IMG/VR virus record: IMGVR_UViG_3300021387_000661
Span: 160,001 to 224,000 of that record
From: a virus
Lineage: Duplodnaviria; Caudoviricetes
Strand: one strand, 5' to 3'
Length of the DNA: 64,000 nt
Part shown: in pieces, positions 1-11,464 of the stretch
How positions within the stretch are numbered: position 1 is the first letter of the stretch
Layout of the letters: each line of letters starts with the position of its first letter
Position numbers and translations under genes: made by a program
The notes under the pieces: model-generated
Told to the model about the DNA's origin: nothing
Seen by the model: the letters and a program-made list of their open reading frames with translations, nothing else
Database searches by the model: none

Positions 1-1
1 T

Positions 2-343
2 ATAACAGGTCTTGATGATGACATTGAGGAATATGTGATTAAGAACATATTGAAATTATACAAACTGGAGAAAATAAGAGTGTTTGTCAGAAGAACCAAG
101 AAAGGTCAACATAACAACAGAATTACAAACAATTATGTCAAATATGTTGAATATGAAGACCCTGATGAAAATGACAGTAAAGAAGTCAGTGTTAAATTCT
201 TCAAAACTCATGGATTTGTGGAATGTAACAACATCACAATGTCCAAAGAAAACAGAGATGATTTTGACAGAAAGATAGTATATAACCTACGGACAGGAGT
301 CAAAGAAGATTTTGGATTTGGGTTTATATTGAAGAAGATATAA
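2..343 (+). CDS. hypothetical protein, 5'-truncated by window edge
   Basis: Frame is open from nt 2 (ITGLDDDIEEYVIKN...) to TAA at 343; followed by a bidirectional terminator. Confidence 0.6.
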   Translation: MTGLDDDIEEYVIKNILKLYKLEKIRVFVRRTKKGQHNNRITNNYVKYVEYEDPDENDSKEVSVKFFKTHGFVECNNITMSKENRDDFDRKIVYNLRTGVKEDFGFGFILKKI

Positions 344-376
344 AAAGAAAGGGAACTGAAAAAGTTCCCTTTCTTT
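344..376. terminator. bidirectional intrinsic terminator
   Basis: AAAGAAAGGGAACT / AGTTCCCTTTCTTT inverted repeat between convergent genes. Confidence 0.8.
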
Positions 377-379
377 ATA

Positions 380-3300
380 TTATTGATTAGAATCAAGATT
401 TTCATTACTAAAACCAGTTTTTGTTAAACCATAACCATCATAAAATGATATATTACCCCCAAAAGAAATTATATCTTCATCAACTAAAGATAAATCAGGT
501 TGATTATAATTATAAAAATTCATAGATTCAATAATATTTTTAACTTTAGTTTCTATATCTGATTGTAATTCACCAAAAGGTGAAAAATTATTTATACTTA
601 TAGATGGAATATAAATTTTAAATTCAATCCATAACATAATTGATTTAAGATATGGATTATTCTCATATGTTGCATGTCTTACGGTGATTTTATTATCATT
701 ATGTTCAATATAAGAACCATATAATTCATACCTACAATCGAGATATAATTTACTTATAGAATTGGAGACAGTTTTTCCTCCATTACTTATTTCAAATATT
801 GGATAATAATTAATATGTAATTTTTTATATGAATTCTCAATTTGTACACCACTTTCAAATGGAAGTTTATTTTCAAGGTTTGTACAAATATATGGATTTG
901 AACCATTTAACCAAATTTCATCATTTTTTGCAACAATTGCTTTAAATAAGTTATAAACATTGTTAACATTCCAATCATTATTAGAAGGATTTACATATTC
1001 TTTTTCATAAAATCTTCCACAAGTAAAGTTAGATTTAGGTAATGCATTAGAAAATCTGGTACATGATGCCTTGGTAATCACTGTTTGCTGACCAGCATTA
1101 TTACCTACATCACCAGAATTCACATCATCTTGTTGTGCAAAAGCACAAGTTGGATTAATATAAATTAAATCTGTATTATTACCTGTATAAGATATCAAGT
1201 TATGAGATTTTAATAACCCAAGATTTGTTGACTTTTCATCATCAGTTTCTCCAAGATTGAATACATTAATTCTATACAGATTTGTAAGTTCTGTGGTCAT
1301 AATTGATGGTTTATAGAAAATACGACAGCTATAATTATTACCTGATGCCCCCAATGTCTTAGTATAGACTTGATTATTTTGGCTTGAACCGTTATAAGTA
1401 TAAATTAATATTGGACATACAAATACCCATCTCATATTTGATGTAGATGCATTATTAATAATATCAGATCGTTTTATCCATGTTGCTGGATTTAATACAT
1501 ATGCTTCACCATTATACATCATAGTTAGAGTAGGAACATAAAACATCTTATTTGGAAATGCAGAATTGTAATCAGCAGAACCATTAAGATTTTCATATTC
1601 ATTAAGAATTTCAAAATATATTGCATTGTTAATTGTAATGTCTGGAGCAGCATCTCCAGATACTTCCTCTTCAGACGTTAATGTACCATTAACAGTAATT
1701 CCAAAGGAACTATTATTAATACTTGTTCTTTTGGTTATTGTTCCAGAATATTGGCTAAAACTTCCATTTGTAAAATCTGCTTCAACCATTGTAGATTCTG
1801 CTATAAGTTTATCTGTTGTAATTTCACCACTTATTACAGCACCAGATGCATATAATACACCATTTTCATCAAGTCTAGTCACACCATTCTTTGATCTTAA
1901 TGTAATATTACCTGTAAGTGAAAGTCCATTATTATCAAGATTAAAATAATCTGACTTTATTCCAATCTCATTTGCATTCATATAAATGGATGTACCACTT
2001 GATGTTGCCTGTTGGACAAATACAGCATGTTTATCCTCCACACTTGTAATAATAGATGTACAAGCAATACCATTACTTACACTCTGGGAAATGGATGACA
2101 TTTCTTTTGTGATAGGGATGAGGTAGTCCTTCTCTGAATCAAGCATCAATCCATAATCATCAGCGCCTAAATAATCTTTTAAAACAGATTTATTGCTTCC
2201 ATACCTTTCATTGATGGAGTGTGCTCTATATCTTATGGTTTCATTTGATTTAGATGTAGGTGTACCATTGCTGTAAGATACTTTAACTTTATCAATTATA
2301 TATGTTGAAGGAAAGTTTGCAGTACCAGTTGGATTATATCCTATCTGTCTTGTTATACCATCACTAAGTGTAGTAATATTAAGCTTATTAACATAATTAT
2401 CAGTACTACTTATCCCTATTTTATTAACTGTTGTAAATGAATATGAAGTATCTATAGATTCTATTGAATTAAAGTCAAATGTTATATAAAATTGGAAATA
2501 TAGATACTTTTCTGTGGTTATTTTATCTGATGAATCATTTATATCTTTTATTGTTATTAATCGTTCTTCATAACTTGATATAGATAATCTCTTCGTACCA
2601 GATTTATCAATCCAAGAATATAATTGATATGTTTTCCATTCACCATCTATATCTTGTTTATATCTGATATACATATTTACTTTTGAATTATCTGTGGAAA
2701 ATTCTATATCAGCAGAGTAGTTTATTTTAATTTCATCTTTTAATGAATTTACATACATACAATATACACTATCATATATTTCAGATGTATTTGGATAATC
2801 TTCTGTAAAATTACCACACTGAAATTCTCTATTAGTATTATCATTAGAATCTGTAAAATTAAATTTAGAAGTATCTTTATTTAATCTTACAAATTTATCT
2901 TTAAATAATACATCAGAATTACCAATAAAAGTATGAGTCCAATTTGTTGGAGAAGTACTATTATTACAATCTCTATTTAATTTATATGAGAATTTATATG
3001 TATTAGATACATATGGTCTACTATCAAAATGTGATAAAATATAATAATAATCACCTGAATTGTGTATATTCACAGATGTAGGTAATTTTGTTATATCTTT
3101 CTGTCCATTACAATATTTCATAATATCTTCTACAGATATACCATATTCAGGTATGATATATACAGGATAATTTGGATCTCCAGGGGTGACTGATAATGTT
3201 CCATAATTTGGTTCACTCTTTTCTATGAGAAGATATCCTTCTTCATCTCTTAAATTATTGACATTTGCAACAACCCTATCCATAGAGGCAAAATTATCCT

Positions 3301-6300
3301 TAACATCTGCCTTGAATGTGTCCATTGCTGTAGAAATACTACCTTCAAGGTCTGTTGATGTAACATAATTTGATAAACTTCCATTTATTGCATCTAAAGA
3401 GGTATTAACAGAATTAAATTTAGAAGTAGTTGTATTCATATAGTCAGAGAATGTATGAATTTTCCCATCACTACTAACACTAACACCAGCAATTACAGTT
3501 GTAATTGCATTTCCTAAATTATCTGTTTGAATATATCCACTTAATAAAGAAGATGCAATACCAGAACATTGCAGCACTCCATTGCCATCAAAATATCCAC
3601 TTAAAGTATTGAGTCTGTTAAAATCAGTACTCAAATAATTTTTTACATTCGTTGCAATAGTTGATGTCTGATTAGTTATTGCACTATTAACAGCAGTTGA
3701 CATATCAGATGTATCAAAATACCTTGCTATGGTAATAGGGTCAGACCAAGACCCCCAACTACCATTAGTATCAGTTGTCCTTTCAGATCTCCATTCATAT
3801 TGATATGTGGAATCTGCACCCCCAGCAATGGTTGAACCATATACATTTGAAGTAGTATCACCATATCTAACTGTAAATACAGGATTATCTGAATGTAAAT
3901 TGTCATCGGGAGTATTAGATATATAACAATATGTAGCACCTTCATATCTTATATACTTATACTCATATCCCTTACCAGCAGGACCTCTCTTACCATCTTG
4001 ACCCTCTCGGATAACATATATAGTTTCCCTGTCAACAACAGTTTCCTTACCATTCTCATCATTATTATCAGCATCTACAGCAACAGTAACAGTTAGCTTA
4101 TCACCAATACTGAGGTTTGATGTTGAATAACTGAAACTACCACTTGTATATGGAGTTGAAGATTCATCATTCTTTGCAACAGAAAGTACAAATGGATCTG
4201 TTGATGATGCTGTGGAATATTCTGTTGTCATTGAACCAGTTTTTTCAAGAACTGTGAAAGTCAAATTTGGTGGGACACATTGATTATTTTGATTAAAGAG
4301 AACAGCACTGACAGATGGAATAATGGAATAAACAGATGGAAGTGTTATACCCATAAGTTTATAAGATGCCATAGCTGTAATGTCATCATTATTCTTTGTT
4401 TTTTCTAATGCAGTAACCACAAATCTTAAGTTTATTGGTTCTGATGATAATGTTGTAGGTTCATTAGAATCTAATCCATAAAGATTTATTTCTATATGAA
4501 TACTATCAACACCATTTTCTAAATCTGAAAAATCATAGTTTCCAGTTTCATTTTCATCATAGGAACTGGCATTTGTTTCTTCATTATTTTGAGAATAATA
4601 TACAGTAATATTACCACTATATGAATCTTCACCACTAATTTCACATTTTTTAATTTTTATAGGTGCACCACCTTTATACAATTTGAGATTTATGTGAAGT
4701 GTTTGGTCAGATAATAATACACCTGCTTCATTAACTTGAACTGTATCCATTTCATTATCCAATTCAAGATAAACAGCATCTGCACCTAAATCATATACAC
4801 CAATAACAAGAGGTGTAGTCCAAGTGTCAAGATTGTTGTCTGCATATGTTTTATAACTTATATTCCAAAGATACTTATATTCTGGAGTTAATTTAGGTAC
4901 TTCTGTAAATTCATCTATCCAATAAGTTATACCGGCAATATCACCAGCACCTGGGTTTTCTTTTATTTCAGGAGTTCCATGACCACCTTCTCCATTCATA
5001 TGTGGTGCAACATCACCACTTGTATGAATAATATAATAATCCTTAACATCCTTAATACCTTTATCCCAAACAGCAAGATAATGAGGGTCAAGTATCTTTT
5101 TCTTACCAGTGGAATATGTTATTACTTCTCTATTAAAAAGATATGGATTATCTTTATCCCATTCATCTTTATCAGTTTTCCAATAATCATTCCATCCATT
5201 TGGTAGGTTATTCTCTAACTCATTATATGATGTGGTGAATAAAAGATCATCAGGACTTATAGATGTATCTACATGGAAGTATTCATCAACCTGTTCAATT
5301 GCATTTGCATATACCTGCCAAAGTCTGGCAACACCACAATTGTCTGAATCTGCATCATATGTCTTTTTATCAACACCCATAAACTTTGTCCAAGTTTGAT
5401 TGGACTTATTAAATTTTCTCCAACACATCCAGACATATTTCTTTTCTGGTGTTGGTTCAATAGGTTCATCACTCCATCCATATCTGACATTATTTTCATC
5501 CTCACTTGTTGGAATAGCATCATCTTTCCTGTCTTCTTCGACTGATGTATTAGGTACATATGGAGGTTGATTATCAGGAGTTGCTTTAAATATATATTCC
5601 AAACCATGCCCATCCTGACCTTTAAAGAGTGACCAAATCCAACCTTTTTCAGTTGTACTATCACCACTTGCTGTATAATTTGCATTATCTAAATTGGCAC
5701 TATGATCTGTACCATCATCAAGATACATGAATGTACCTATCCATTCTGCTGAAGGAATATCAATATCATCTTCAACAAACTCACGGGAACTTGGAGTACC
5801 ATTGGCATATTTTATTACAAGAATCCATCTGCTACCTTCTGGTCCCTGTAATTCACCGACATCCTGCCAAGAATCACCATCCCAAAGAATCAAGTGTTTG
5901 TTCTGAGAAGTGTAACAATCACCTTCTTCCTGTTTGTTGTCATATATAGTTTTATCTGTATTGTTGAAATCATGCCAAGCGCCATTCTCATCATATTTCC
6001 ACATATAAAGCTTACCATCTGGATTTTCACCCCAATAATCATTATATGTTTCTCTTAATGATTTAGGATATACAATTAAAAGTCCATTTTTAGATGGTAA
6101 TTCAGATGCAAATTTTTCTTCAATATATGTTTGCTTTGCATTTGAAGCAGTAGTATAATTATATACTGTCTCATCACTATCAAAATAAACTTCATATATG
6201 ATTTTACCCTTTACATTAATGGATGTTCCTGGGTCACCCTTTTCACCTTGTTCACCCTTTATCCTCTTTATTACCCAGTTAGACCATTCACCATTCTTTA

Positions 6301-9300
6301 ACTGACAGGTTGCCATCAATACTGCTTTACCAGTATCATCACCAAAGGAAAGGTTCTTTCTAATCAATTCACTACTTAATTTATCAATTCTGATTCTCCA
6401 TTCTCTTTCTGCTTCATCAACATTATAAAATACATCTTTTAATACTGTTCCAAAATTAAAGTAAGTAGATTCTCTGTTCTCTCCATCTATGAAAACATCA
6501 TCTGTATATTTGCCTGATAATACATCATTGATTTGTTCAATTTCAGAACGGGATAAGTCTGTAGAACTCCATTCCACATTAAATGTAGAACTATCCACCA
6601 TTCTTTGTGGTACAGACCAAGATGTAGATGGACCATTTGTTCCTTCATCAAATTGAGCAGAAGACATCCATACAACTTCTGTTTCATCAGGAACTTGTGG
6701 TGTATCTGTCCAACTAATTCCACTTTCATCTACAGCACAATTAATTATTCCTTCATTAGTGCGCTTTAAATCATTTGGTATTGGATTTAAATATGTACCA
6801 CCTTCAGGAGTCAAATTACTTATATCTTCATCTATATGAAGAGTTATGAATGCAAATGATGTGAATTTAGAAAGACTATATTTAGACCACAATTTAGGAT
6901 ATGAGAATGGTCCCCATACCCCGGCAGACATCTTTCTTATAGAGACATATTGATATCTCAATCCAGGACCAATTGAATTTGGATTGTCAGACCAGGCACC
7001 TAATTCTGTACGCCCTGATTCTATTGCTTTATTAAATGACCACTTGTTTTTTAATTCACCCCAAGCAGTATCAAATTCTTCATCAGTATTATAATTATAT
7101 TGATTTTTTTCAGTTAATATGTTTTTAACTTTAGTTTTATTATCATCACTAAACCAATTTTCATAAGGAACAAAGTCACCAATAGAATACATTGCCTTTT
7201 CAATGTTTGAACTAATTTGTGTAGCAGTTGTCCAAACACTTGAATCTGGTGTCCATTCTTCTGGTCTTACAGTGAAGATATATTCTATACCATCACCATC
7301 TGTTCCATCTTCTCCCCAATGTGCCCAAATGACTGGTTTTGGTGCAAATGTCCAATTGGTTGTAGATGCACCAGCAGCCTTGCTTCTTGACCATACCCAT
7401 TCCTTTCTTTTACCATCTTCATCTGCAATGGCCTGGGCATTATCATACCAAATTATTGATTCTTCAGTTTCATCTGATGGGTTAAGTTTATATTTATATT
7501 CATATCCATTTACTCCAGCAGACTCAATATTGTTAAAGAAACTGTTTACAGTTTCATAATCACTCAAATTATTATATTTAGGATATTTTGGTTCATCATC
7601 ACTCAATGCATATATGAAGTGAATAGTCTCTCCATCAGCACCAGGTTGTCCCTTGTAACCTGTAATCCTAAAAGGTTCTGACCAAGAAATACAATCACCA
7701 GTTTCACTGAATGTACCTGTACACATCCATGCAATTGTTCCATCCACATCTTCATTGGTATCTCCCCAATAACCTATATGATTTGTCCAATCATCTGTAT
7801 TTGAACTTGATTCTGATGTATTATTCTTTTTAGGTAATTGACCATCTGGTAATGCATTAGATTTAAATGGTTTACTAAAGTCTGAAGCATTTAATCCCAA
7901 TGTTGGTACACCAGTCACATTCCAAAATCCTTCATATCTACCATAACTTGAATAATTATTTGGTTTTACAGGAATGGCGGCTTCACCCTCCATATTACAA
8001 TAGACAATAAAATCTCTTGTTCTTATGTTGAACTTACCCCAGAGTTTAGGTTCACTGAATGGTTCCCAAACCCTCTTACCATTGTCACCTGGTTTACTTT
8101 TACGGATAGACACCCATTCAAATGGTCTATACTTATCAACACCTGATGGGTTGTCTGCCCATTTTTTATCTTCAAAAAAGTTTATAAACCTATTCCAAAG
8201 GTCATTCCAATCAGTATCACTAATGGTTTCTGATTGTGTAAATTTAGTATGAACTTCATCCTTTATAGTATCAGTAAACCAATCTTTATTAGGATAGAAA
8301 TCCTCAAATTGATATACAATTTGATATAGACTATTCAATTGAGTATCATCAAATGTGATATTTGGATTGTCACTATTTACAAGAGGATTATGAGATGTTG
8401 CAAAGAAAATATACTCGACACCATCACCATCTGTACCATCCTCACCCCAACGGGACCAGATAGAAGGATCGCCATATTCCCACTCATCTTCTTCACTTTT
8501 TCTATGCCTTGACCATATCCATTCTATTTTGTTTTCTTCACTGATACCCTGTGGGTTGTCATACCATGTTATTGAATAAGACTCATGCTTATAATGTCCT
8601 TCAGCATCTGCCTGATCAAATATATCTTTTCTGTCTTCTTTGGTAGTATCATCATCATTAACTATCCAAGGACAATCCTCATTATCTAAAACATATTTAT
8701 TAACCAATGCATAGATATATTGTGTGTGTTCACCATCTTCACCTGGTTTGCCCTGGTCACCTGTGATTCTCATAGGTTTTGACCAGGAGATGTTTGAACC
8801 AAAGTCATCACCATCTTCCTTAAATCTACCAGTTGATACCCATTTGATCATCATTTCAACACCATCTGGATAATCTGAAGGTTTTACATCATTGTTGTCA
8901 TCTTCCCACATACCAATATGCTTATCCAGATCACACCAATCAGAACTAGAAGCCCTATATGTAAATTCATTTGGATTATCTTTGTTGACAAGTTTATTAT
9001 TAATAATGCCCCACCTTCCTTCTCCATCCGGGATTCTGTCTGGTTCCACACCTTCTGGTAAGTTACAATAAACTGTAAATGTCATTGCTGTGACATTATA
9101 ACTTGCCCAGAGTTTTGGTTCACTGAATTCTCCCCATACTTTTTCTTTTGTTCCTTCAGGAGTTGATGATTTACGGATAGACACCCACTCAAATGGTTCT
9201 GATGCTTTTGTTCCCATTGGATTGTCTGTCCAACCTTTATCAAAACCAAATTTAGTCACCCATTTGGAATTAAATTCCTCTTCATTAAATGCTTCACCAA

Positions 9301-10981
9301 GTTTATCTTGAAGAATTTGTTTAACCCTCTCCCTTTGGCCTTCTTTGTTAAACCAACCCTCACCAGGATAAAAATCATCTATGTTATAATAAATAACTTT
9401 TTCAATAGAAGTAGGATTACTTATGCCTATTCGTGGATCGAGTGATTTCTGTCTTTCTTCATCATAAAAAGCAGCATTTATGTCTTTTGATTTTGATGTG
9501 TGGAATATATACTCTACACCATCACCATCTGTACCATCCTCACCCCAGCGGGCCCAGAGTGCAGGTTCTGAATATATCCAAGTTTCTGAATCTGATTTAA
9601 TTCTTGATGCAAAATATTCTTCTTTATTGGTTTCTGATATGGATTGTGCATTATCATGCCACACTGTTCCATTATAGGTATCTGATTTGTTTGTTTCAAC
9701 TGTATCAAATAACTTCTTTTTATCATTTATAGATTCCGGATATTTAGGGTCACTTGTTAATGCATAGATAAACTGTATCTTTGTACCATCTTCACCATTC
9801 CTACCATTTTCACCAGTGATCCTGACAGGGTCTGACCAAGATATATTCTTACCATCATATCCAAACACACCTGAACTCATCCAGGTGACTGTGCCATCTG
9901 TATCAATATTTGTATCAGACCATCCTGGAGTAAGTTCATAACCAGTGCGGTTGGTTATCAACTTATCTTCATCAACATTCCACCAACCCTTTTCTGGTTT
10001 TTGTGGTTTTGTTCCATCATTGTTATAATAAACAATAAATGTTCTGGTTGCATATCCATAACTACTCCAAAGGGAAGGTTTTGAATAAGGTCCCCAATTC
10101 TTTTTTCCACTTGTTTTGTCTATACTGGATTTACGGATGGATACATATTCATATTTGTATATTGGTGTTGTTCCCAATGGTTCATCCGTCCATTCATAAT
10201 TTAAAAATCCAAATTTGGTGTTCCATAAATTTGGAAAATTATTTACATTAAGTCCTGCAGATTGATATGCTTTAAGTGCAGATGATTCATTATCTTCATT
10301 AAACCAACCTTCACCAGGATAAAAATCATCTATGTTACATATTGCTTTTTGTGCTGTATTTAAATTTGTTGTTATACTTTTATGTAAATTATTAATTTCT
10401 GAATCTGTTAATTCAGCTTTTTTCCTGATGAATATATATTCCACGCCATTGCCATCCATACCAGTCTCTCCCCAATGCGCCCACAATACAGGATACTGTG
10501 CATAATACCAAGTTGTATCATCAGCACTCTTTTTATATCTTGCCAACACATATTCATTTTTATGAACCTGGTCTACACCCTGTGGAAAACTGTACCAATC
10601 AATATTGTTATTATATGAAGAATGACCAGCTTCACTTGAAATAACCTCATCAAATAATAATTCTTTATTAACATCATTGGTTGGATAATGATAATTTGGA
10701 TTCATTACATCAGCCCTGGCGTAAATATATTCACTATTTACACCATTTGTACCGTCTTTACCATTTTTTCCATCCAGACCAGAAGGACCACCACCATGCT
10801 TGGCAATATTTTCAAAATTGGAGTTGATGGTGTCTATCATTTCACCGACTGTACTATCTTCATTAATTCTAGTCAAATTAAGATTATCTTCAATCGATTC
10901 ATCATCAACAGGTTTACCATTCCAATCTATATCACCATTATATTCAAGTCTGACAACCTTGACGCGATTACTATCTGCCAT
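380..10981 (-). CDS. giant tail fibre / receptor-binding virion protein (3533 aa) with internal repeats
   Basis: Short collagen-like GxxGxDG tracts; four ~310-377-aa modules bounded by WGE[DT]GxDGxG[VI]EYIF; coiled-coil region and Asn-rich C-terminus; late-promoter motif upstream. Confidence 0.75.
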   Translation of the reverse strand: MADSNRVKVVRLEYNGDIDWNGKPVDDESIEDNLNLTRINEDSTVGEMIDTINSNFENIAKHGGGPSGLDGKNGKDGTNGVNSEYIYARADVMNPNYHYPTNDVNKELLFDEVISSEAGHSSYNNNIDWYSFPQGVDQVHKNEYVLARYKKSADDTTWYYAQYPVLWAHWGETGMDGNGVEYIFIRKKAELTDSEINNLHKSITTNLNTAQKAICNIDDFYPGEGWFNEDNESSALKAYQSAGLNVNNFPNLWNTKFGFLNYEWTDEPLGTTPIYKYEYVSIRKSSIDKTSGKKNWGPYSKPSLWSSYGYATRTFIVYYNNDGTKPQKPEKGWWNVDEDKLITNRTGYELTPGWSDTNIDTDGTVTWMSSGVFGYDGKNISWSDPVRITGENGRNGEDGTKIQFIYALTSDPKYPESINDKKKLFDTVETNKSDTYNGTVWHDNAQSISETNKEEYFASRIKSDSETWIYSEPALWARWGEDGTDGDGVEYIFHTSKSKDINAAFYDEERQKSLDPRIGISNPTSIEKVIYYNIDDFYPGEGWFNKEGQRERVKQILQDKLGEAFNEEEFNSKWVTKFGFDKGWTDNPMGTKASEPFEWVSIRKSSTPEGTKEKVWGEFSEPKLWASYNVTAMTFTVYCNLPEGVEPDRIPDGEGRWGIINNKLVNKDNPNEFTYRASSSDWCDLDKHIGMWEDDNNDVKPSDYPDGVEMMIKWVSTGRFKEDGDDFGSNISWSKPMRITGDQGKPGEDGEHTQYIYALVNKYVLDNEDCPWIVNDDDTTKEDRKDIFDQADAEGHYKHESYSITWYDNPQGISEENKIEWIWSRHRKSEEDEWEYGDPSIWSRWGEDGTDGDGVEYIFFATSHNPLVNSDNPNITFDDTQLNSLYQIVYQFEDFYPNKDWFTDTIKDEVHTKFTQSETISDTDWNDLWNRFINFFEDKKWADNPSGVDKYRPFEWVSIRKSKPGDNGKRVWEPFSEPKLWGKFNIRTRDFIVYCNMEGEAAIPVKPNNYSSYGRYEGFWNVTGVPTLGLNASDFSKPFKSNALPDGQLPKKNNTSESSSNTDDWTNHIGYWGDTNEDVDGTIAWMCTGTFSETGDCISWSEPFRITGYKGQPGADGETIHFIYALSDDEPKYPKYNNLSDYETVNSFFNNIESAGVNGYEYKYKLNPSDETEESIIWYDNAQAIADEDGKRKEWVWSRSKAAGASTTNWTFAPKPVIWAHWGEDGTDGDGIEYIFTVRPEEWTPDSSVWTTATQISSNIEKAMYSIGDFVPYENWFSDDNKTKVKNILTEKNQYNYNTDEEFDTAWGELKNKWSFNKAIESGRTELGAWSDNPNSIGPGLRYQYVSIRKMSAGVWGPFSYPKLWSKYSLSKFTSFAFITLHIDEDISNLTPEGGTYLNPIPNDLKRTNEGIINCAVDESGISWTDTPQVPDETEVVWMSSAQFDEGTNGPSTSWSVPQRMVDSSTFNVEWSSTDLSRSEIEQINDVLSGKYTDDVFIDGENRESTYFNFGTVLKDVFYNVDEAEREWRIRIDKLSSELIRKNLSFGDDTGKAVLMATCQLKNGEWSNWVIKRIKGEQGEKGDPGTSINVKGKIIYEVYFDSDETVYNYTTASNAKQTYIEEKFASELPSKNGLLIVYPKSLRETYNDYWGENPDGKLYMWKYDENGAWHDFNNTDKTIYDNKQEEGDCYTSQNKHLILWDGDSWQDVGELQGPEGSRWILVIKYANGTPSSREFVEDDIDIPSAEWIGTFMYLDDGTDHSANLDNANYTASGDSTTEKGWIWSLFKGQDGHGLEYIFKATPDNQPPYVPNTSVEEDRKDDAIPTSEDENNVRYGWSDEPIEPTPEKKYVWMCWRKFNKSNQTWTKFMGVDKKTYDADSDNCGVARLWQVYANAIEQVDEYFHVDTSISPDDLLFTTSYNELENNLPNGWNDYWKTDKDEWDKDNPYLFNREVITYSTGKKKILDPHYLAVWDKGIKDVKDYYIIHTSGDVAPHMNGEGGHGTPEIKENPGAGDIAGITYWIDEFTEVPKLTPEYKYLWNISYKTYADNNLDTWTTPLVIGVYDLGADAVYLELDNEMDTVQVNEAGVLLSDQTLHINLKLYKGGAPIKIKKCEISGEDSYSGNITVYYSQNNEETNASSYDENETGNYDFSDLENGVDSIHIEINLYGLDSNEPTTLSSEPINLRFVVTALEKTKNNDDITAMASYKLMGITLPSVYSIIPSVSAVLFNQNNQCVPPNLTFTVLEKTGSMTTEYSTASSTDPFVLSVAKNDESSTPYTSGSFSYSTSNLSIGDKLTVTVAVDADNNDENGKETVVDRETIYVIREGQDGKRGPAGKGYEYKYIRYEGATYCYISNTPDDNLHSDNPVFTVRYGDTTSNVYGSTIAGGADSTYQYEWRSERTTDTNGSWGSWSDPITIARYFDTSDMSTAVNSAITNQTSTIATNVKNYLSTDFNRLNTLSGYFDGNGVLQCSGIASSLLSGYIQTDNLGNAITTVIAGVSVSSDGKIHTFSDYMNTTTSKFNSVNTSLDAINGSLSNYVTSTDLEGSISTAMDTFKADVKDNFASMDRVVANVNNLRDEEGYLLIEKSEPNYGTLSVTPGDPNYPVYIIPEYGISVEDIMKYCNGQKDITKLPTSVNIHNSGDYYYILSHFDSRPYVSNTYKFSYKLNRDCNNSTSPTNWTHTFIGNSDVLFKDKFVRLNKDTSKFNFTDSNDNTNREFQCGNFTEDYPNTSEIYDSVYCMYVNSLKDEIKINYSADIEFSTDNSKVNMYIRYKQDIDGEWKTYQLYSWIDKSGTKRLSISSYEERLITIKDINDSSDKITTEKYLYFQFYITFDFNSIESIDTSYSFTTVNKIGISSTDNYVNKLNITTLSDGITRQIGYNPTGTANFPSTYIIDKVKVSYSNGTPTSKSNETIRYRAHSINERYGSNKSVLKDYLGADDYGLMLDSEKDYLIPITKEMSSISQSVSNGIACTSIITSVEDKHAVFVQQATSSGTSIYMNANEIGIKSDYFNLDNNGLSLTGNITLRSKNGVTRLDENGVLYASGAVISGEITTDKLIAESTMVEADFTNGSFSQYSGTITKRTSINNSSFGITVNGTLTSEEEVSGDAAPDITINNAIYFEILNEYENLNGSADYNSAFPNKMFYVPTLTMMYNGEAYVLNPATWIKRSDIINNASTSNMRWVFVCPILIYTYNGSSQNNQVYTKTLGASGNNYSCRIFYKPSIMTTELTNLYRINVFNLGETDDEKSTNLGLLKSHNLISYTGNNTDLIYINPTCAFAQQDDVNSGDVGNNAGQQTVITKASCTRFSNALPKSNFTCGRFYEKEYVNPSNNDWNVNNVYNLFKAIVAKNDEIWLNGSNPYICTNLENKLPFESGVQIENSYKKLHINYYPIFEISNGGKTVSNSISKLYLDCRYELYGSYIEHNDNKITVRHATYENNPYLKSIMLWIEFKIYIPSISINNFSPFGELQSDIETKVKNIIESMNFYNYNQPDLSLVDEDIISFGGNISFYDGYGLTKTGFSNENLDSNQ

Positions 10982-11008
10982 ACTGTTACTATTATTATTT
11001 TATTACAA

Positions 11009-11016
11009 TATTTATG
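11009..11016 (-). promoter_or_regulatory. T4-like late promoter CATAAATA (tail fibre)
   Basis: Motif recurs upstream of virion genes; resembles T4 gp55 consensus TATAAATA. Confidence 0.6.
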
Positions 11017-11035
11017 AACTTTCCATAAATAGATT

Positions 11036-11305
11036 ATGGAAAATGTGTTAAAACTCCCAGTTAATGAATACTGGTACAACTTGATTAAAAACGGTGAACT
11101 GACTCACGACTACCGTGAGATAAAACCATATTGGATAAAAAGATTGGAAGGTAAGACCTATGATGTGGTTGAATTTTATCACAGGTTCAAGAAGGAGATA
11201 CCTCCAATGAGGTTCAAATTTGAGTGGATAAAGAAAGGAAGATTGGTGAACTACAACATGGATGCATATATAATAAAGTTTGGAGAAAGAATAGATGAAG
11301 AATAA
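11036..11305 (+). CDS. ASCH/PUA-like domain protein
   Basis: LKLPVNEYWYNLIKNGELTHDYREIKPYWIKRL resembles the ASCH N-terminal motif. Confidence 0.6.
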   Translation: MENVLKLPVNEYWYNLIKNGELTHDYREIKPYWIKRLEGKTYDVVEFYHRFKKEIPPMRFKFEWIKKGRLVNYNMDAYIIKFGERIDEE

Positions 11306-11426
11306 AGATGAAAAAGATAAAGAACTATTGGATAAGTTGATGAAAGAATATGAACAGGAACAAATGAGACTTCATCCAGAGATATATGATACAACAGATG
11401 ATAAAGAGATTATCACGAACAGATAA
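11295..11426 (+). CDS. small hypothetical protein (43 aa)
   Basis: ORF MKNKDEKDKELLDKLMKEYEQ... read from sequence; overlaps the previous stop and ends at a terminator. Confidence 0.45.
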   Translation: MKNKDEKDKELLDKLMKEYEQEQMRLHPEIYDTTDDKEIITNR

Positions 11427-11434
11427 TCTCTTTT
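11403..11434 (+). terminator. intrinsic terminator
   Basis: AAAGAGATTATC / GATAATCTCTTT stem plus T tract. Confidence 0.7.
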
Positions 11435-11444
11435 GTTATATTTA
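11432..11444 (+). promoter_or_regulatory. candidate middle/phage-specific promoter TTTGTTATATTTA
   Basis: Same 13-mer at 12495, 18338, 37043, 42134, 45204, 50047, 51767, 61044; variant TTTGTTATCTTTA at 19363; always intergenic. Confidence 0.55.
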
Positions 11445-11464
11445 GTATAATAATAAAATATAAT

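Noticed and set aside
2-343. Cas6-like C-terminal glycine loop (TGVKEDFGFG)
   Set aside because: It matches GhGxxxxxGhG only partially, the gene is truncated, and there is no array or other cas gene in view.
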